Shown here: positions 30,822 to 40,467 of the stretch, piece after piece | Numbering within the stretch: the first letter of the stretch is position 1 | How the letters are laid out: every line of letters begins with the position of its first letter | Origin: Oscillospiraceae bacterium | GTDB lineage: Bacteria > Bacillota > Clostridia > Oscillospirales > UBA929 | DNA length: 64,000 nucleotides | Direction of reading: 5' to 3' | Assembly: GCA_031556035.1 (NCBI GenBank) | Contig: JAVBTT010000024.1 | Coordinates: 38 to 64,037, forward strand | Notes under the pieces: model-generated | Seen by the model: the letters and a program-made list of their open reading frames with translations, nothing else | What the model was told of the DNA's origin: nothing | Databases searched by the model: none | Made by a program: the position numbers and the translations under genes

Positions 30822-31781
30822 CTAAACATAAAACTCGTTCTTGCTGTCCCTCTCAAATAAGTCGGTAAGCGCCGTATGTGGATTGACCTTGCCCTCTATC
30901 GTGGCTGTCACGGCTGCACAGATAGGCAGTTCGACGCCGTACCGCTCCGACAGGCGCATCATGGAGCAGGCGGTCGAGACTCCCTCGGCAAGCTTGTCGT
31001 AGCTCTCGCCGGTGATTATACACTCCCCAAAGCGGCGGTTGTGGCTGTGCGGCGAGAACAGGGTGGCCTCATAGTCTCCCAGATGGCACAGTCCATATAC
31101 AGTGATCTCCCTGCCTCCCATCGCGCCGACCAGACGGGACACCTCGCGCGCTCCCCGCGCCATCAGCACGCCCTTAAGTGAAGAAAACCCGAGCCCGTCC
31201 AGCATGCCGGCCGCGATACCGACCACATTCTTGGCGGCTGCCCCTATCTCCGTGCCGATGATGTCCTCGCCGTAATAAAACCTTATCAGGGAGCCGGACA
31301 GGGCCTCAGCCAGCCTGCGGCTCAAGCCCTGCTCCACGGAATCTATGACCATACAATTCGGGATGCCCCGCACAAAGTCCTGAGGATGCCCGGGGCCTAC
31401 CCAGACCGCGAGGGGAAACCCTTCCCCCAACTCCTGCCGGACGACCTGCGTCAGGCGCAGTCCGCTGTCCCGCTCCAGCCCCTTCATGCAGAGCAGCATG
31501 GTTGCACCCGAGAAGGTGCTGATCTCCCTGCACAAGGCCCGGAGCTGCTGCGCACTGATAGCGACCAGCACAATGTCGGCTGCCGCAAGCGCCACGGACA
31601 GATTGTCGGTAAGCTCCACCCCGTCCGGGAGCTCCAGGTAGTCGTTGCTCCTTTTGTCCCGCAGCTCCAGCAGGCTTTTTGAGCCGGGTCTGCCCCACAC
31701 CAGCGTCCTGGCGCCTATACCGTCCATATACCAGGCTAAAAACGTGGCCCAGCGCCCGCAGCCAAGCACAGTTGCATTCAT
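30822..31781 (-). CDS. gpsA: NAD(P)H-dependent glycerol-3-phosphate dehydrogenase
   Basis: GCGRWA, MKGLE, AAAKNVVGIAAG, AEG...ELPI. Confidence 0.85.
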   Translation of the reverse strand: MNATVLGCGRWATFLAWYMDGIGARTLVWGRPGSKSLLELRDKRSNDYLELPDGVELTDNLSVALAAADIVLVAISAQQLRALCREISTFSGATMLLCMKGLERDSGLRLTQVVRQELGEGFPLAVWVGPGHPQDFVRGIPNCMVIDSVEQGLSRRLAEALSGSLIRFYYGEDIIGTEIGAAAKNVVGIAAGMLDGLGFSSLKGVLMARGAREVSRLVGAMGGREITVYGLCHLGDYEATLFSPHSHNRRFGECIITGESYDKLAEGVSTACSMMRLSERYGVELPICAAVTATIEGKVNPHTALTDLFERDSKNEFYV

Positions 31782-31798
31782 CTTGTTTCCTCCGGTTG

Positions 31799-31899
31799 AT
31801 ACTAATGCCTGCTTAAAACTTGCGCATATAAATTTGCGACAGCTCGCCCAGCAAGCTTTTGCAAATTTAAAATCGGAAGGTTTAACACGGGATTAGCAT
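31799..31899. mobile_element. Family-B MITE, ~100-bp form
   Basis: ATACTAATGCCTGCTTAAAACTT...GGAAGGTTTAACACGGGATTAGCAT. Confidence 0.6.
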
Positions 31900-31984
31900 T
31901 TGTTTTGTGGCGGTCGCTCCGCCATTCTTTTCTTTAGCTTATCACGCCGGGAACAGTATTACAATACTTTGAGGAATTAGAAAA

Positions 31985-32016
31985 GGGGACGTCCCGGCGA
32001 GAGCCGGGACGTCCCC
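31985..32016 (-). terminator. Intrinsic terminator of the lyase gene
   Basis: GGGGACGTCCCGGC-GAGA-GCCGGGACGTCCCC followed by a T-run on the minus strand. Confidence 0.75.
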
Positions 32017-32054
32017 AAAATTATGCGAGGCGGGGATGTTGATCGCTGCAATAA

Positions 32055-35000
32055 TTAATCGGCTTCGATGATTATGCCGTTGACGTAAGCCTGGGAACCG
32101 CCGAATGTGAACGACATCACTCCATCGGCAACAACTACATTCTCCAGAACGAACGGCTCCATATTGGAATTGTTCCTTGAGCCGCTGGCGGTCACGCCGT
32201 TGACGTCGATCGTGATATTGTTGGTGCCGCCTATGTCGTTTCCGTAGACGGACGCTTTGTACGTGCCGTTGGGCACATTGACTTTGAACTGCCAGGTTCC
32301 GTTGGCGGTGCCGCCGCCGCCGACCCAGGAATTAGTCAGCGCGGTGCCTCCGGAACGGGTGCGGCCCTGGAAGTTGTTGCTTCCGCGGGGGACAATGCCC
32401 CAGCCCTGCTCAACGGTGTAGGGGGAAGAGGGTGCGCCGTTGTTGACGTTGCCGGTGCCGGTTATGGTGACAGAGGTCCAGTCCTCATATTTGACCATGC
32501 TGCTGGCTATGCCAAACTGGAACTTCATCGTCTCAAAATCCGGAACCACAGGCGTCTCGCCGCGTACAGATGTGAAGGTGAAGCTATAGCTCGGGAACAG
32601 GGCGGGATACTTGACGCCCTTCATCACGACCACGTCTCCCGCGACCGATCCGGCGTTAATTGTGAGCTTGGGGCCGTCCGCCGCGAAGCCGGGGGCCTTG
32701 ACTCCGTTGATTGTCATGGCGGCGGTGGCGTTAAAGGAGATATTCTCGGCGAAGAACACCACCGTCTGCCCCTCTGGGCTGTTGACGTCAACCTCGGCCT
32801 TCCAGATGTCGGTCGGGAGCTGCTTGACCGGGATAGCCTTGGACACTGCGGGCTCCTCACCCTCGAACCACGCCTTGACATAGACATTGGCGCTGGCGGT
32901 GCTGAACGCTCCGGCCTTGATTGTCGCCTGGCCGTTTACCGTCTTTGCGGATGCCGCGAGCACATCATCGACAAACAGTCCTGCAAAGATGTTGAGCGTG
33001 TCTGGATTGTTGGCGTTTACGGTCACGGGGATGTTGGCCGCGCAGCCGTTGACCAGATTGACAATGCGGGAGTCGACAGAGACGCCGAGTATGGCGGCCT
33101 GGTCGCCGGTGTTGAGAACCAGCGGCAGGGAGACCTTGGAAACGCCCTTGACTCCGGTGGCGGTCACGGTGTACTTGTACTCCACGCCCGGTACGATTGC
33201 GTCGTCCTGGTAGCCGACGGCTGTGAAGTCGCCGAGCTTCTCGCCATTGCGGTACAGTGTGTAGCCGGAGGCGTTGATGATCGGGGTCCAGTCGATGTAA
33301 GCCGAGGTGGCGGTAACGTTTTCGGCATGCGGCTGGGCCGGTGTGCGGGTGGTCATGTCATCAAAGTAGACGTCATGCGGATAGCGGGAGTAGTTAGCCA
33401 TGAAGTAGGTCTGCGGCTTGGGCTCTCCGGTGATACCGCTGCGCAGAACTTCAATTCTGTCGGCCTCGTTGAGGTTGCCTGCTTCGTCGACCTTGATATC
33501 TCCGTTGGCGTTGTTGTAGTAGATGCGGATTCTGCCGCTGTCGTCATAGCCGACGAGCTCGGTGCGGGAGTCGCCGCAGAGATCCATCGCCATGTAGCGC
33601 CAGTCGACGTTATTCTCGAACATGTAATCTCTGTCTTCCATGGGAACGCCCATTTTGAACAGCGTGTTGAAGTATCCGTCATAGAGTCCGGGCTCTCTGT
33701 AGTCGGTCATCCAGAGCGCTTTTCTCGTCGCCCGGTTGGCTGCGCCGCTGTTGCCCGCGCCCGCCGGGTAGGAATAATCTCTGGCGGCTGCGCGCGACTC
33801 GGTATTGCGGTTGAAGCTCAGGCAGAGCGGCGCGTAGGTGCCGGTCCAGTTGTCCACGCGGATGACGATTGAGGACCAACCCATCGGGTTGCCGTTCAGA
33901 GGCTGCTCCGGGGTTGCCTCGAAGGGATATTCCAGCTGGAGGAGATTGCCGTCCGAGCCGATGGTGAACATGGAATCCTTGCCCCAGCCGCTGTTGCTGG
34001 CGGCGCCTCGGGTGCGGCGGTCAAGGCCGTAGGTCATCAGCCCGTCGTGGTCGGTGCGGAACTGGGCCAGGTTCAAGGACTGGGGCTCAATGGCGCTGTT
34101 GCTGCACCAGAGGAACTTGCCGTCCCAGGTGTAGCAGAAGGTGGAGGTTCTTGTCATATCCGCAACCGAACCCGCGCCGTCCGGGCCTCCGCCTCCAAAC
34201 ATAACGCACAGGGGCTGGTCTTCGCCCATTATATAGCCGACCTGAATAGTGTCGCAGTGGTCGGTGGGCTTGATCTGGGTTGTGGTACCCGGATAATACA
34301 CCGGGGTGTCGTCGTTGAGCGGATCCCCGGCAGGACCTGATCTTTTTACAAGCTCAGCGTTGCACCACCAGAAGGGCTCTACAACAGGCTGCCCTGCGTT
34401 GCCGGTGGTTGCGTCGGCGGCGTGCCTGACGACGTTTCCGTCCTCATCTGTCTTGACTTTGAAGGTGCTGTAGCTGATGATCAGCTCATCAACGCGGTCG
34501 CCGTCCAGGTCAACCACCAGGGAGTAATGCCCCGCGAAGGTAAAGGGATTTCGCCCGTCAAGGGTTTGGCCTGGATTCTTGGTGGCAAAACGGTAGACGT
34601 AATCGCAGTTGAATTTGCCATCCTTATCGAACATCTCAAGGATCGTGACGTTCTCATAACGGCTCTTAAGGACTAAGAACTGATTGTCTGTAGCGCGGCC
34701 GTCGAAATTGCCGAAGGAGAATGCGTCGCCCAGGCAGTTGATGGAGCCGGTTCCGGAACCGGTGCTGGTCAGGCCGGGAACAGTCACGCTCGCCAAAGGC
34801 TTGTAGCAGTCATTTCCTGCCGTATCTTTCATCGGCTTGCCGGTGCGGCCATCCAGGACGACGATTATTGCGCCGGTATAGTTGGTTCCCCTGTCCTTAG
34901 ACGGGTGCATCATTGCCACGACCTCGTTTAAGCCGTCGCCGTTCACGTCCGCGATGTTGACCGGCTCGTCGGAGGAGGTGCTGACTACGCCAGTGTTGGG

Positions 35001-38000
35001 GTTTTCCGGATCATAGGCAGGGTCAATCGAGTATTCCCACAGAATCTCGCCCTCGAGATTGTATGCGATCAGCACGTAGATGACGCTGCCGTTTAAGCTG
35101 TAGTTGCTCTGCCTGGTCGTGTGGCAGACCAGTATGTCGGTCCGTCCGTCGCCGTCCAGGTCGCCCAGCCGCAGGCGGCTGCCCCTGACCTTGGCCTGGA
35201 AGCTGTTGATCAGCACCGCGTCGTCGTTGGCCAGCGCGATGAAGGCCTCCATGGTCTTTGCGGACTCACCGGCGTCGTTGTATGCGGAAACGCTGTACCA
35301 GTAGTCGGTGCCGAGCTCAACGGCGTTATCGACATAGCCGGCGCTGTTGATTGTGGCAATTCTCTCGGCGGAGCCGCCCTTGGAGTCGCGGCGGTAGATG
35401 TGGTAGCCGTCCGCTCCGTCGACTGCGTCCCACTTGATGGTGACGGAGTCCTCGGTTACCGGGCTGTACTCAACGTTCGCCGGCATTGCGGGAGCCGAAG
35501 GAATTTCGGGCTGCGGGATGTAGATGTCGGTGCGCTGCGCGGGAAGCGGGGCCTCGTCGCCGAGGTAGAAGCTGGCAAACCCGATCTGGTTGTAACCGGC
35601 GTTGGTGTTTGCCACGCCCTGGCGGTACATCGGGTCGTGCATCAGGGTACGGATGCCGTACTCGGTCGGGGCCAGGGTGGTGACTATGGCAAGGCGGTTG
35701 CCGGATGCGCGGAGCACGAGCTCCTCGCGCCAGTCGCCCAGCAGGTCGGCCTTCAAGGTCGGGGTGGACTTGTTGCCGGTGGAGGTCAGGCCGGTGGCCA
35801 GATAGGCTGTGGCCGCAAAGGTCTCGTCGTTAATCGAGTTAATGGTGGCGCTGCTGACGCCCATATGAGTCAGGCCGCCGCCGAACCAAATGGCGTTTTG
35901 GCCTTGTGTGATTCCGCGCGCCGAGTTGCCGGTACCCACAAATTCTCCGTTAATCAGGCTTTTGGGCTTGGTGGTGGAGCTGCTTGTGCCGCCCTGAGCG
36001 CCCGGCCAGCGGTTGGAGAAGTTGCCGGCCACGCTTCCCTCGTCGTCAGACTGGGTATATGTGCTGTAAATCAGGGAGTTGGTCTGGACAATATTGCCGT
36101 TTGCGTCGCGTTTCCTGCCCTCAAGCGGGTCATGGGCCTGCACGCCGGTCAGGTAGCCGTAGACTTCGCCTGTGCGGATGTCGTCCAGGAACCATTCCTC
36201 TGCGCCGGACCACTGAACTATTTTGTTGGTCTTGTCTCTGGGCAGCAGTGCTTCGCGGTCGCCGTGGCGGAACGGAGCCCAGATGTTGCGCGGGTCGTTG
36301 CGGATTGCGGCGGTGCCGAACTCATATCCGAGCGGCGGGTAGCCGTTAGCAACGGTGTCCTTCATAAACGCGTCGGAAGGCATCGTCTCGCCGTTGATGA
36401 CCATGGGAAGGATCTTGTTTTTCGCGGCGTTCATGCCGAGAACCATGCCGATCATCACAATCTCGTCCTTGCCGTCGCCGTTTACGTCACCGGAGTTGGT
36501 GTGGTGAGCGCCGCGGTTCTGGTAGTCGTAGGCCTCTCCGCCCAGGCTCCAGTACTGCGGATCCTTGGAGTCAAAGGCTGCCTGGAGGTTAACCTTGCCG
36601 TCCACAATGTTGAAGGCGGAATAGGTGGTTCTCTCGTAGTAGCCGCGCTGGGATACTGCGTACCAGTTCTCGCCGTCGAGGCATGCCACTACGCCGCAAT
36701 AGCGGTTGGCGCGGTTGCCCTGAGCGTCGCCCCACTTGGCGGCCTTCCAGGGGTTCCTGATCCAGTAGTTTTCTTTTAACTGCATGATCTGCGATTTGTA
36801 GGCGTCGCCGGCTCCGCCGCTGCCCTGGCTGACGAGCGGGAAGGAGACGTAGCAGTAGTTGCCACGCTGTGTGCAGGGGTTCATGGCCCAGTTTTCGCCG
36901 TCAACGCTGGCCCTGAAGGGGAACGGATATTTGGCGGAATCAATGAGCACGCCCTTGCCGGCAGCCGCGTCATACTCAAAGGCGGACATAAACTCGTTGT
37001 CGTCTTTGGAGAGGCCCATGCGTCCGAGGTGGTAGGTCTTGATCCATCTCTTGTACTCGGGTGCGTTGGCTCCGTCGTTTCCGCTGTTTGATATTTGGGT
37101 GGCGACAGGGCCAAGATTGCCGCCGCTCTGCGGTGTGCGGTAGCAGATTGTAAAGCTGTTCATCACGCCCCAGAACTGGTCAAGGGCGGTGGTATTACCG
37201 GCTGCGAAGTATTCTTTAAACTTGTCTGTCGTGGCGTTGAGTCCAAGCTCTCCGCCGACAACGGTGTTGGCGGTGTCGGGATATACGACTGCCTGCGCCT
37301 CTTCGTCCCAGTTGCCGATACGGGCGCCCAGACCGGTTTTGAGCATAAGCTCGCTCTTGCCGTCGCCATCAAAGTCGCCGACAAGAATCGGGGACTCGTG
37401 GTCGTTGCCGGAGGTATAGTTATATCCGGTGTCTACGCGGAACAGCAGGGTGCCGTCCAGCTTGTAGACGTCGTAATACTCGGGTGCGTTTCCGATGCTT
37501 CCACCGGAGTAAATCGGCTCGGAATACATGGGATCGGGGCTGCTGGAGCGCCATTTCATGACAATCTCGTATTCGCCGTCGCCGTCAAAGTCGCCCACGG
37601 ACATGTCGTGCGTACTGTAGCCGGAGCTGTTTGAGGTATAGATCGAGCTGCCGTTCATGTAGTAGGGGAGCTTAGTCCCGCAGTCGAGATTCTCGACATA
37701 CTTGATAAATTCGGCTTCCAGCTCGTCAAACAGAGCCTTGGTTATCTTCCCGTCAACAAGGGCGTTTACCGGAGCCCAGGCGGCGGTTTCGTAGGTCTTC
37801 ACGCCCAGCGCGTTGGCTGTCGTGTTGTAGGTGTTGATCTTGGAGACGAACGCGTCTATCACGGACTGCTCCACAACAGCACCCGTCTGGTAGGGCTCGC
37901 GGACGGTCTTGAGCAGATCCATGTCAACCACGTACCAGTGCTGGCCGCTCGTATTACCGCTCCAGCCCTCGGTGCCCGGGATGACCATATTGTTGGCGCT

Positions 38001-38552
38001 GATGTTGCCTGTCCTGGAGCCGCGGTAGGACCACGCCGGAAGCGGCACGCTGGACGGAGCAGGCTTGAGCGGTATGTACTGCACGGCGCCCCTGTTGCCC
38101 TGGCCGCTGCCTCCCGCCAGGGCGGACAGCACGGGCACGCTCATGCCCTGCTTCTGGCCCTCGATGCCGCCGATGACCGGGGCGACTTCGTAGACGGAGG
38201 CGATAACGCCGTCCGGGTCGGTGTAGTTGGTCGGGGTGGTGTTTTCCTTAACGATGCCCGGGTTTTCCGCGTAGCTGCTCTCGGGCTGCACGTCGCGGGG
38301 GGCGACGGTGGCGATTTTCACGCCGTCGCGGTAGACGTTCCAGGAGATGCCGTCGGGCTCGTTGCCCAGAAAGCGCCAGCTGAGGTACATGCCGCCTTCA
38401 ACCTGGGCGGCGACCAGACCGCGTGTCAGGTATTCCATCGGGCGCAGAACCTGCGCCGCCTCTGCGGACGCCGGGGTGCTGAATGCGAACAGGGATACGC
38501 ACATCAGAAGCGCCAGGGTAAGGGAAGTCGCTTTTCTCAGGGTCTTTCGCAT
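32055..38552 (-). CDS. Secreted multidomain rhamnogalacturonan lyase (PL11/YesW-like) with two FG-GAP propeller modules, two Fn3 domains and a C-terminal galactose-binding-like domain
   Basis: Signal peptide; MEYLTRGLVA...YLSWRFLG, GDFDGDGEYEIVMKW, RGYYERT, ADLLGDWREE, TLMHDPMYR; second GDLDGDGRTD module. Confidence 0.85.
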   Translation of the reverse strand: MRKTLRKATSLTLALLMCVSLFAFSTPASAEAAQVLRPMEYLTRGLVAAQVEGGMYLSWRFLGNEPDGISWNVYRDGVKIATVAPRDVQPESSYAENPGIVKENTTPTNYTDPDGVIASVYEVAPVIGGIEGQKQGMSVPVLSALAGGSGQGNRGAVQYIPLKPAPSSVPLPAWSYRGSRTGNISANNMVIPGTEGWSGNTSGQHWYVVDMDLLKTVREPYQTGAVVEQSVIDAFVSKINTYNTTANALGVKTYETAAWAPVNALVDGKITKALFDELEAEFIKYVENLDCGTKLPYYMNGSSIYTSNSSGYSTHDMSVGDFDGDGEYEIVMKWRSSSPDPMYSEPIYSGGSIGNAPEYYDVYKLDGTLLFRVDTGYNYTSGNDHESPILVGDFDGDGKSELMLKTGLGARIGNWDEEAQAVVYPDTANTVVGGELGLNATTDKFKEYFAAGNTTALDQFWGVMNSFTICYRTPQSGGNLGPVATQISNSGNDGANAPEYKRWIKTYHLGRMGLSKDDNEFMSAFEYDAAAGKGVLIDSAKYPFPFRASVDGENWAMNPCTQRGNYCYVSFPLVSQGSGGAGDAYKSQIMQLKENYWIRNPWKAAKWGDAQGNRANRYCGVVACLDGENWYAVSQRGYYERTTYSAFNIVDGKVNLQAAFDSKDPQYWSLGGEAYDYQNRGAHHTNSGDVNGDGKDEIVMIGMVLGMNAAKNKILPMVINGETMPSDAFMKDTVANGYPPLGYEFGTAAIRNDPRNIWAPFRHGDREALLPRDKTNKIVQWSGAEEWFLDDIRTGEVYGYLTGVQAHDPLEGRKRDANGNIVQTNSLIYSTYTQSDDEGSVAGNFSNRWPGAQGGTSSSTTKPKSLINGEFVGTGNSARGITQGQNAIWFGGGLTHMGVSSATINSINDETFAATAYLATGLTSTGNKSTPTLKADLLGDWREELVLRASGNRLAIVTTLAPTEYGIRTLMHDPMYRQGVANTNAGYNQIGFASFYLGDEAPLPAQRTDIYIPQPEIPSAPAMPANVEYSPVTEDSVTIKWDAVDGADGYHIYRRDSKGGSAERIATINSAGYVDNAVELGTDYWYSVSAYNDAGESAKTMEAFIALANDDAVLINSFQAKVRGSRLRLGDLDGDGRTDILVCHTTRQSNYSLNGSVIYVLIAYNLEGEILWEYSIDPAYDPENPNTGVVSTSSDEPVNIADVNGDGLNEVVAMMHPSKDRGTNYTGAIIVVLDGRTGKPMKDTAGNDCYKPLASVTVPGLTSTGSGTGSINCLGDAFSFGNFDGRATDNQFLVLKSRYENVTILEMFDKDGKFNCDYVYRFATKNPGQTLDGRNPFTFAGHYSLVVDLDGDRVDELIISYSTFKVKTDEDGNVVRHAADATTGNAGQPVVEPFWWCNAELVKRSGPAGDPLNDDTPVYYPGTTTQIKPTDHCDTIQVGYIMGEDQPLCVMFGGGGPDGAGSVADMTRTSTFCYTWDGKFLWCSNSAIEPQSLNLAQFRTDHDGLMTYGLDRRTRGAASNSGWGKDSMFTIGSDGNLLQLEYPFEATPEQPLNGNPMGWSSIVIRVDNWTGTYAPLCLSFNRNTESRAAARDYSYPAGAGNSGAANRATRKALWMTDYREPGLYDGYFNTLFKMGVPMEDRDYMFENNVDWRYMAMDLCGDSRTELVGYDDSGRIRIYYNNANGDIKVDEAGNLNEADRIEVLRSGITGEPKPQTYFMANYSRYPHDVYFDDMTTRTPAQPHAENVTATSAYIDWTPIINASGYTLYRNGEKLGDFTAVGYQDDAIVPGVEYKYTVTATGVKGVSKVSLPLVLNTGDQAAILGVSVDSRIVNLVNGCAANIPVTVNANNPDTLNIFAGLFVDDVLAASAKTVNGQATIKAGAFSTASANVYVKAWFEGEEPAVSKAIPVKQLPTDIWKAEVDVNSPEGQTVVFFAENISFNATAAMTINGVKAPGFAADGPKLTINAGSVAGDVVVMKGVKYPALFPSYSFTFTSVRGETPVVPDFETMKFQFGIASSMVKYEDWTSVTITGTGNVNNGAPSSPYTVEQGWGIVPRGSNNFQGRTRSGGTALTNSWVGGGGTANGTWQFKVNVPNGTYKASVYGNDIGGTNNITIDVNGVTASGSRNNSNMEPFVLENVVVADGVMSFTFGGSQAYVNGIIIEAD

Positions 38553-39046
38553 TTTTGATGTTCCTCCATTTCTTTACAGTGTGAACTGTTTTTGACCCTC
38601 CGTTTTATTATGTCGTCTCATTCGGCAAAGACCACAAAGCTTATGCGTTTGCCGGCGGCAACACTCCTCCGCAAAAATTTACGGCCAAAGCCGTCCTCAG
38701 GCATGATGTCAAAACAGTTTGTGCCAATTGCACTAAACAGGGGCGTTTTGTACTAACCACTATACCCTTTTTCCCTAAAAGTGTAAAGCATTAGAAATGA
38801 TAAAAACCATCAGTATTGATACTGCGCGTGTAGTGCAAACGCGCGGAAGGCCGGATTTCAAGGTCTTTTTTATTTGATATCCGCTGAGCGTTATAAATAT
38901 TTGCCTGCCGATTTGCGCGAATGACATTGTCAATAATGACTATGAAACCCCGGCTGATTTATTTTAAAACCGCGGCTCACCCTGGCCGAATCAGGACTCT
39001 TCGTCATAGTGCATAACCGGCCCACTGCCGCGACGTCTAGTGAGAA

Positions 39047-39075
39047 TTGATATTTAAGGCGCGATAAGGTATAAT
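39047..39075 (+). promoter_or_regulatory. Sigma-70/A promoter for yedF-yqeC-peptidase
   Basis: TTGATA-17 nt-TATAAT. Confidence 0.65.
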
Positions 39076-39118
39076 CCCGGTGACGCGAAGGCGGACAATT
39101 TATTTTGGAGTGAACGTT

Positions 39119-39733
39119 ATGCTGGTGGACGCGCTCGGAAAACCCTGCCCCATGCCAGTAGTGCTGGCGAAGAAGGCGATGTCCTCCCTACCCATTGGGG
39201 TAGGTGAGGCACAAATCCTCGTAGACAACCGTATTGCCTGTGAAAACCTGGCCAAGCTCGCGGCTGGCATGGGATACGGCTATTCCTGCGAGGAGCAGGG
39301 CCCGGAGCGCTTTATGGTGACGCTCTCGGCGGGTGAGAGCAGCGCAGAGTCGGTTTCCGCGCCGCGGGCATACGCGAGGGACGGCGAGCCGCCCAGAAAC
39401 GACCTCGTCGTCGCGGTTGGACGGGACTCCATGGGGGCGGGCAGCGAGGAGCTGGGGAGAATTCTTATCAAGGGTTTTATTTATTCACTGACCCAGATGA
39501 CCCCCATGCCCAAAACAGTATTATTTTTCAATTCCGGCGTTAAACTTGCCACCGACGGCGCAAATACGATTGCGGATTTGAGGACGCTTGAAACCGGAGG
39601 GACCAGGGTGCTGCTCTGCGGCACCTGTGTGAACTACTACGGACTTGGGGACAGAACGGCCGTCGGGGAGGTCACGGATATGTACCATATCGTCGAGGAG
39701 CTCAGCCGGGCTTCCTCCGTTATCAACATTTAA
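39119..39733 (+). CDS. yedF: Sulfurtransferase-like selenium metabolism protein (TusA + DsrE domains)
   Basis: DALGKPCPMPVV, MGAGSEELGRILIKGF, FNSGV, CGTC. Confidence 0.88.
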   Translation: MLVDALGKPCPMPVVLAKKAMSSLPIGVGEAQILVDNRIACENLAKLAAGMGYGYSCEEQGPERFMVTLSAGESSAESVSAPRAYARDGEPPRNDLVVAVGRDSMGAGSEELGRILIKGFIYSLTQMTPMPKTVLFFNSGVKLATDGANTIADLRTLETGGTRVLLCGTCVNYYGLGDRTAVGEVTDMYHIVEELSRASSVINI

Positions 39734-40455
39734 TGGAGCCGGTATTTTCTAAAGCGTTTGAGCTCACTCCAGGAGACGTGGCGGCGGTGGTCGGCTGCGG
39801 AGGAAAGACATCGCTGATAGACAGGCTGTGTTGGGAAAATCGCGGAGGCAGGGTGCTGCGCTCCACCACGACGCGAATTCTGACGCCGCCGGAGGAGCTG
39901 TTCGACTTGGCCATTGACGCCTCTAAATCCGGGTCGCGCCGCATTGAGGACGGAGTAACCCTTGTATTTGGAGGCCGGGAAAACGGCAAGCTGACAGCGC
40001 CTGAGCCAAAGGCGCTCGCGGAGCATTGTCCGGCGGACGGCCTGTCGTTTCTGGAATGCGACGGCTCGCGCGGGCTTCCGCTGAAGGGCTGGGCTGAGCA
40101 TGAGCCGGTTGTTCCGAAAAATACCACCCTCACAGTGGGCGTTTGCGCGCTGTGGGCCGTGGGGATGCCGCTGTCGGAAAACGTTGCGCACAGGCCGGGA
40201 CTGTTTTCCGCGTTGACGGGCTGTGCCCGCGGTGATATCATAACCCTTGGGCATGTCTCGGCCATGCTTGCGTCCCCGGGCGGCATGTTCGCGAGGGCAT
40301 CGGGCAGGAAATACCTGCTTGTCAATCAGGCTGAAAGCCCGGAGGCGCTGGAGCAGGCGACGGCACTTGCCGGAATGCTGCCCGCTGTCTTCCGGGAATC
40401 CCTTTCAGGGGTTTTCGCGGGAAGCGCGCGCCGGGGAACATTGACAATACTATAG
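39733..40455 (+). CDS. yqeC: Selenium cofactor biosynthesis protein YqeC
   Basis: VGCGGKTSL, STTT, ECDGSRGLPLKG...EPVVP. Confidence 0.85.
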   Translation: MEPVFSKAFELTPGDVAAVVGCGGKTSLIDRLCWENRGGRVLRSTTTRILTPPEELFDLAIDASKSGSRRIEDGVTLVFGGRENGKLTAPEPKALAEHCPADGLSFLECDGSRGLPLKGWAEHEPVVPKNTTLTVGVCALWAVGMPLSENVAHRPGLFSALTGCARGDIITLGHVSAMLASPGGMFARASGRKYLLVNQAESPEALEQATALAGMLPAVFRESLSGVFAGSARRGTLTIL

Positions 40456-40467
40456 GAGGAATCGTGT

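Noticed and set aside
35121-36779. 552-aa plus-strand ORF (also 20916-22490 and 18354-19664 on minus)
   Set aside because: Shadows opposite well-supported genes
38560-38760. Possible c-di-GMP riboswitch in the lyase leader (GGCAAAC)
   Set aside because: No GNRA-capped P2 or GACGCAAA motif follows
39119-40455. Selenocysteine read-through in yedF/yqeC
   Set aside because: All motif cysteines are TGC/TGT and both genes end in TAA/TAG
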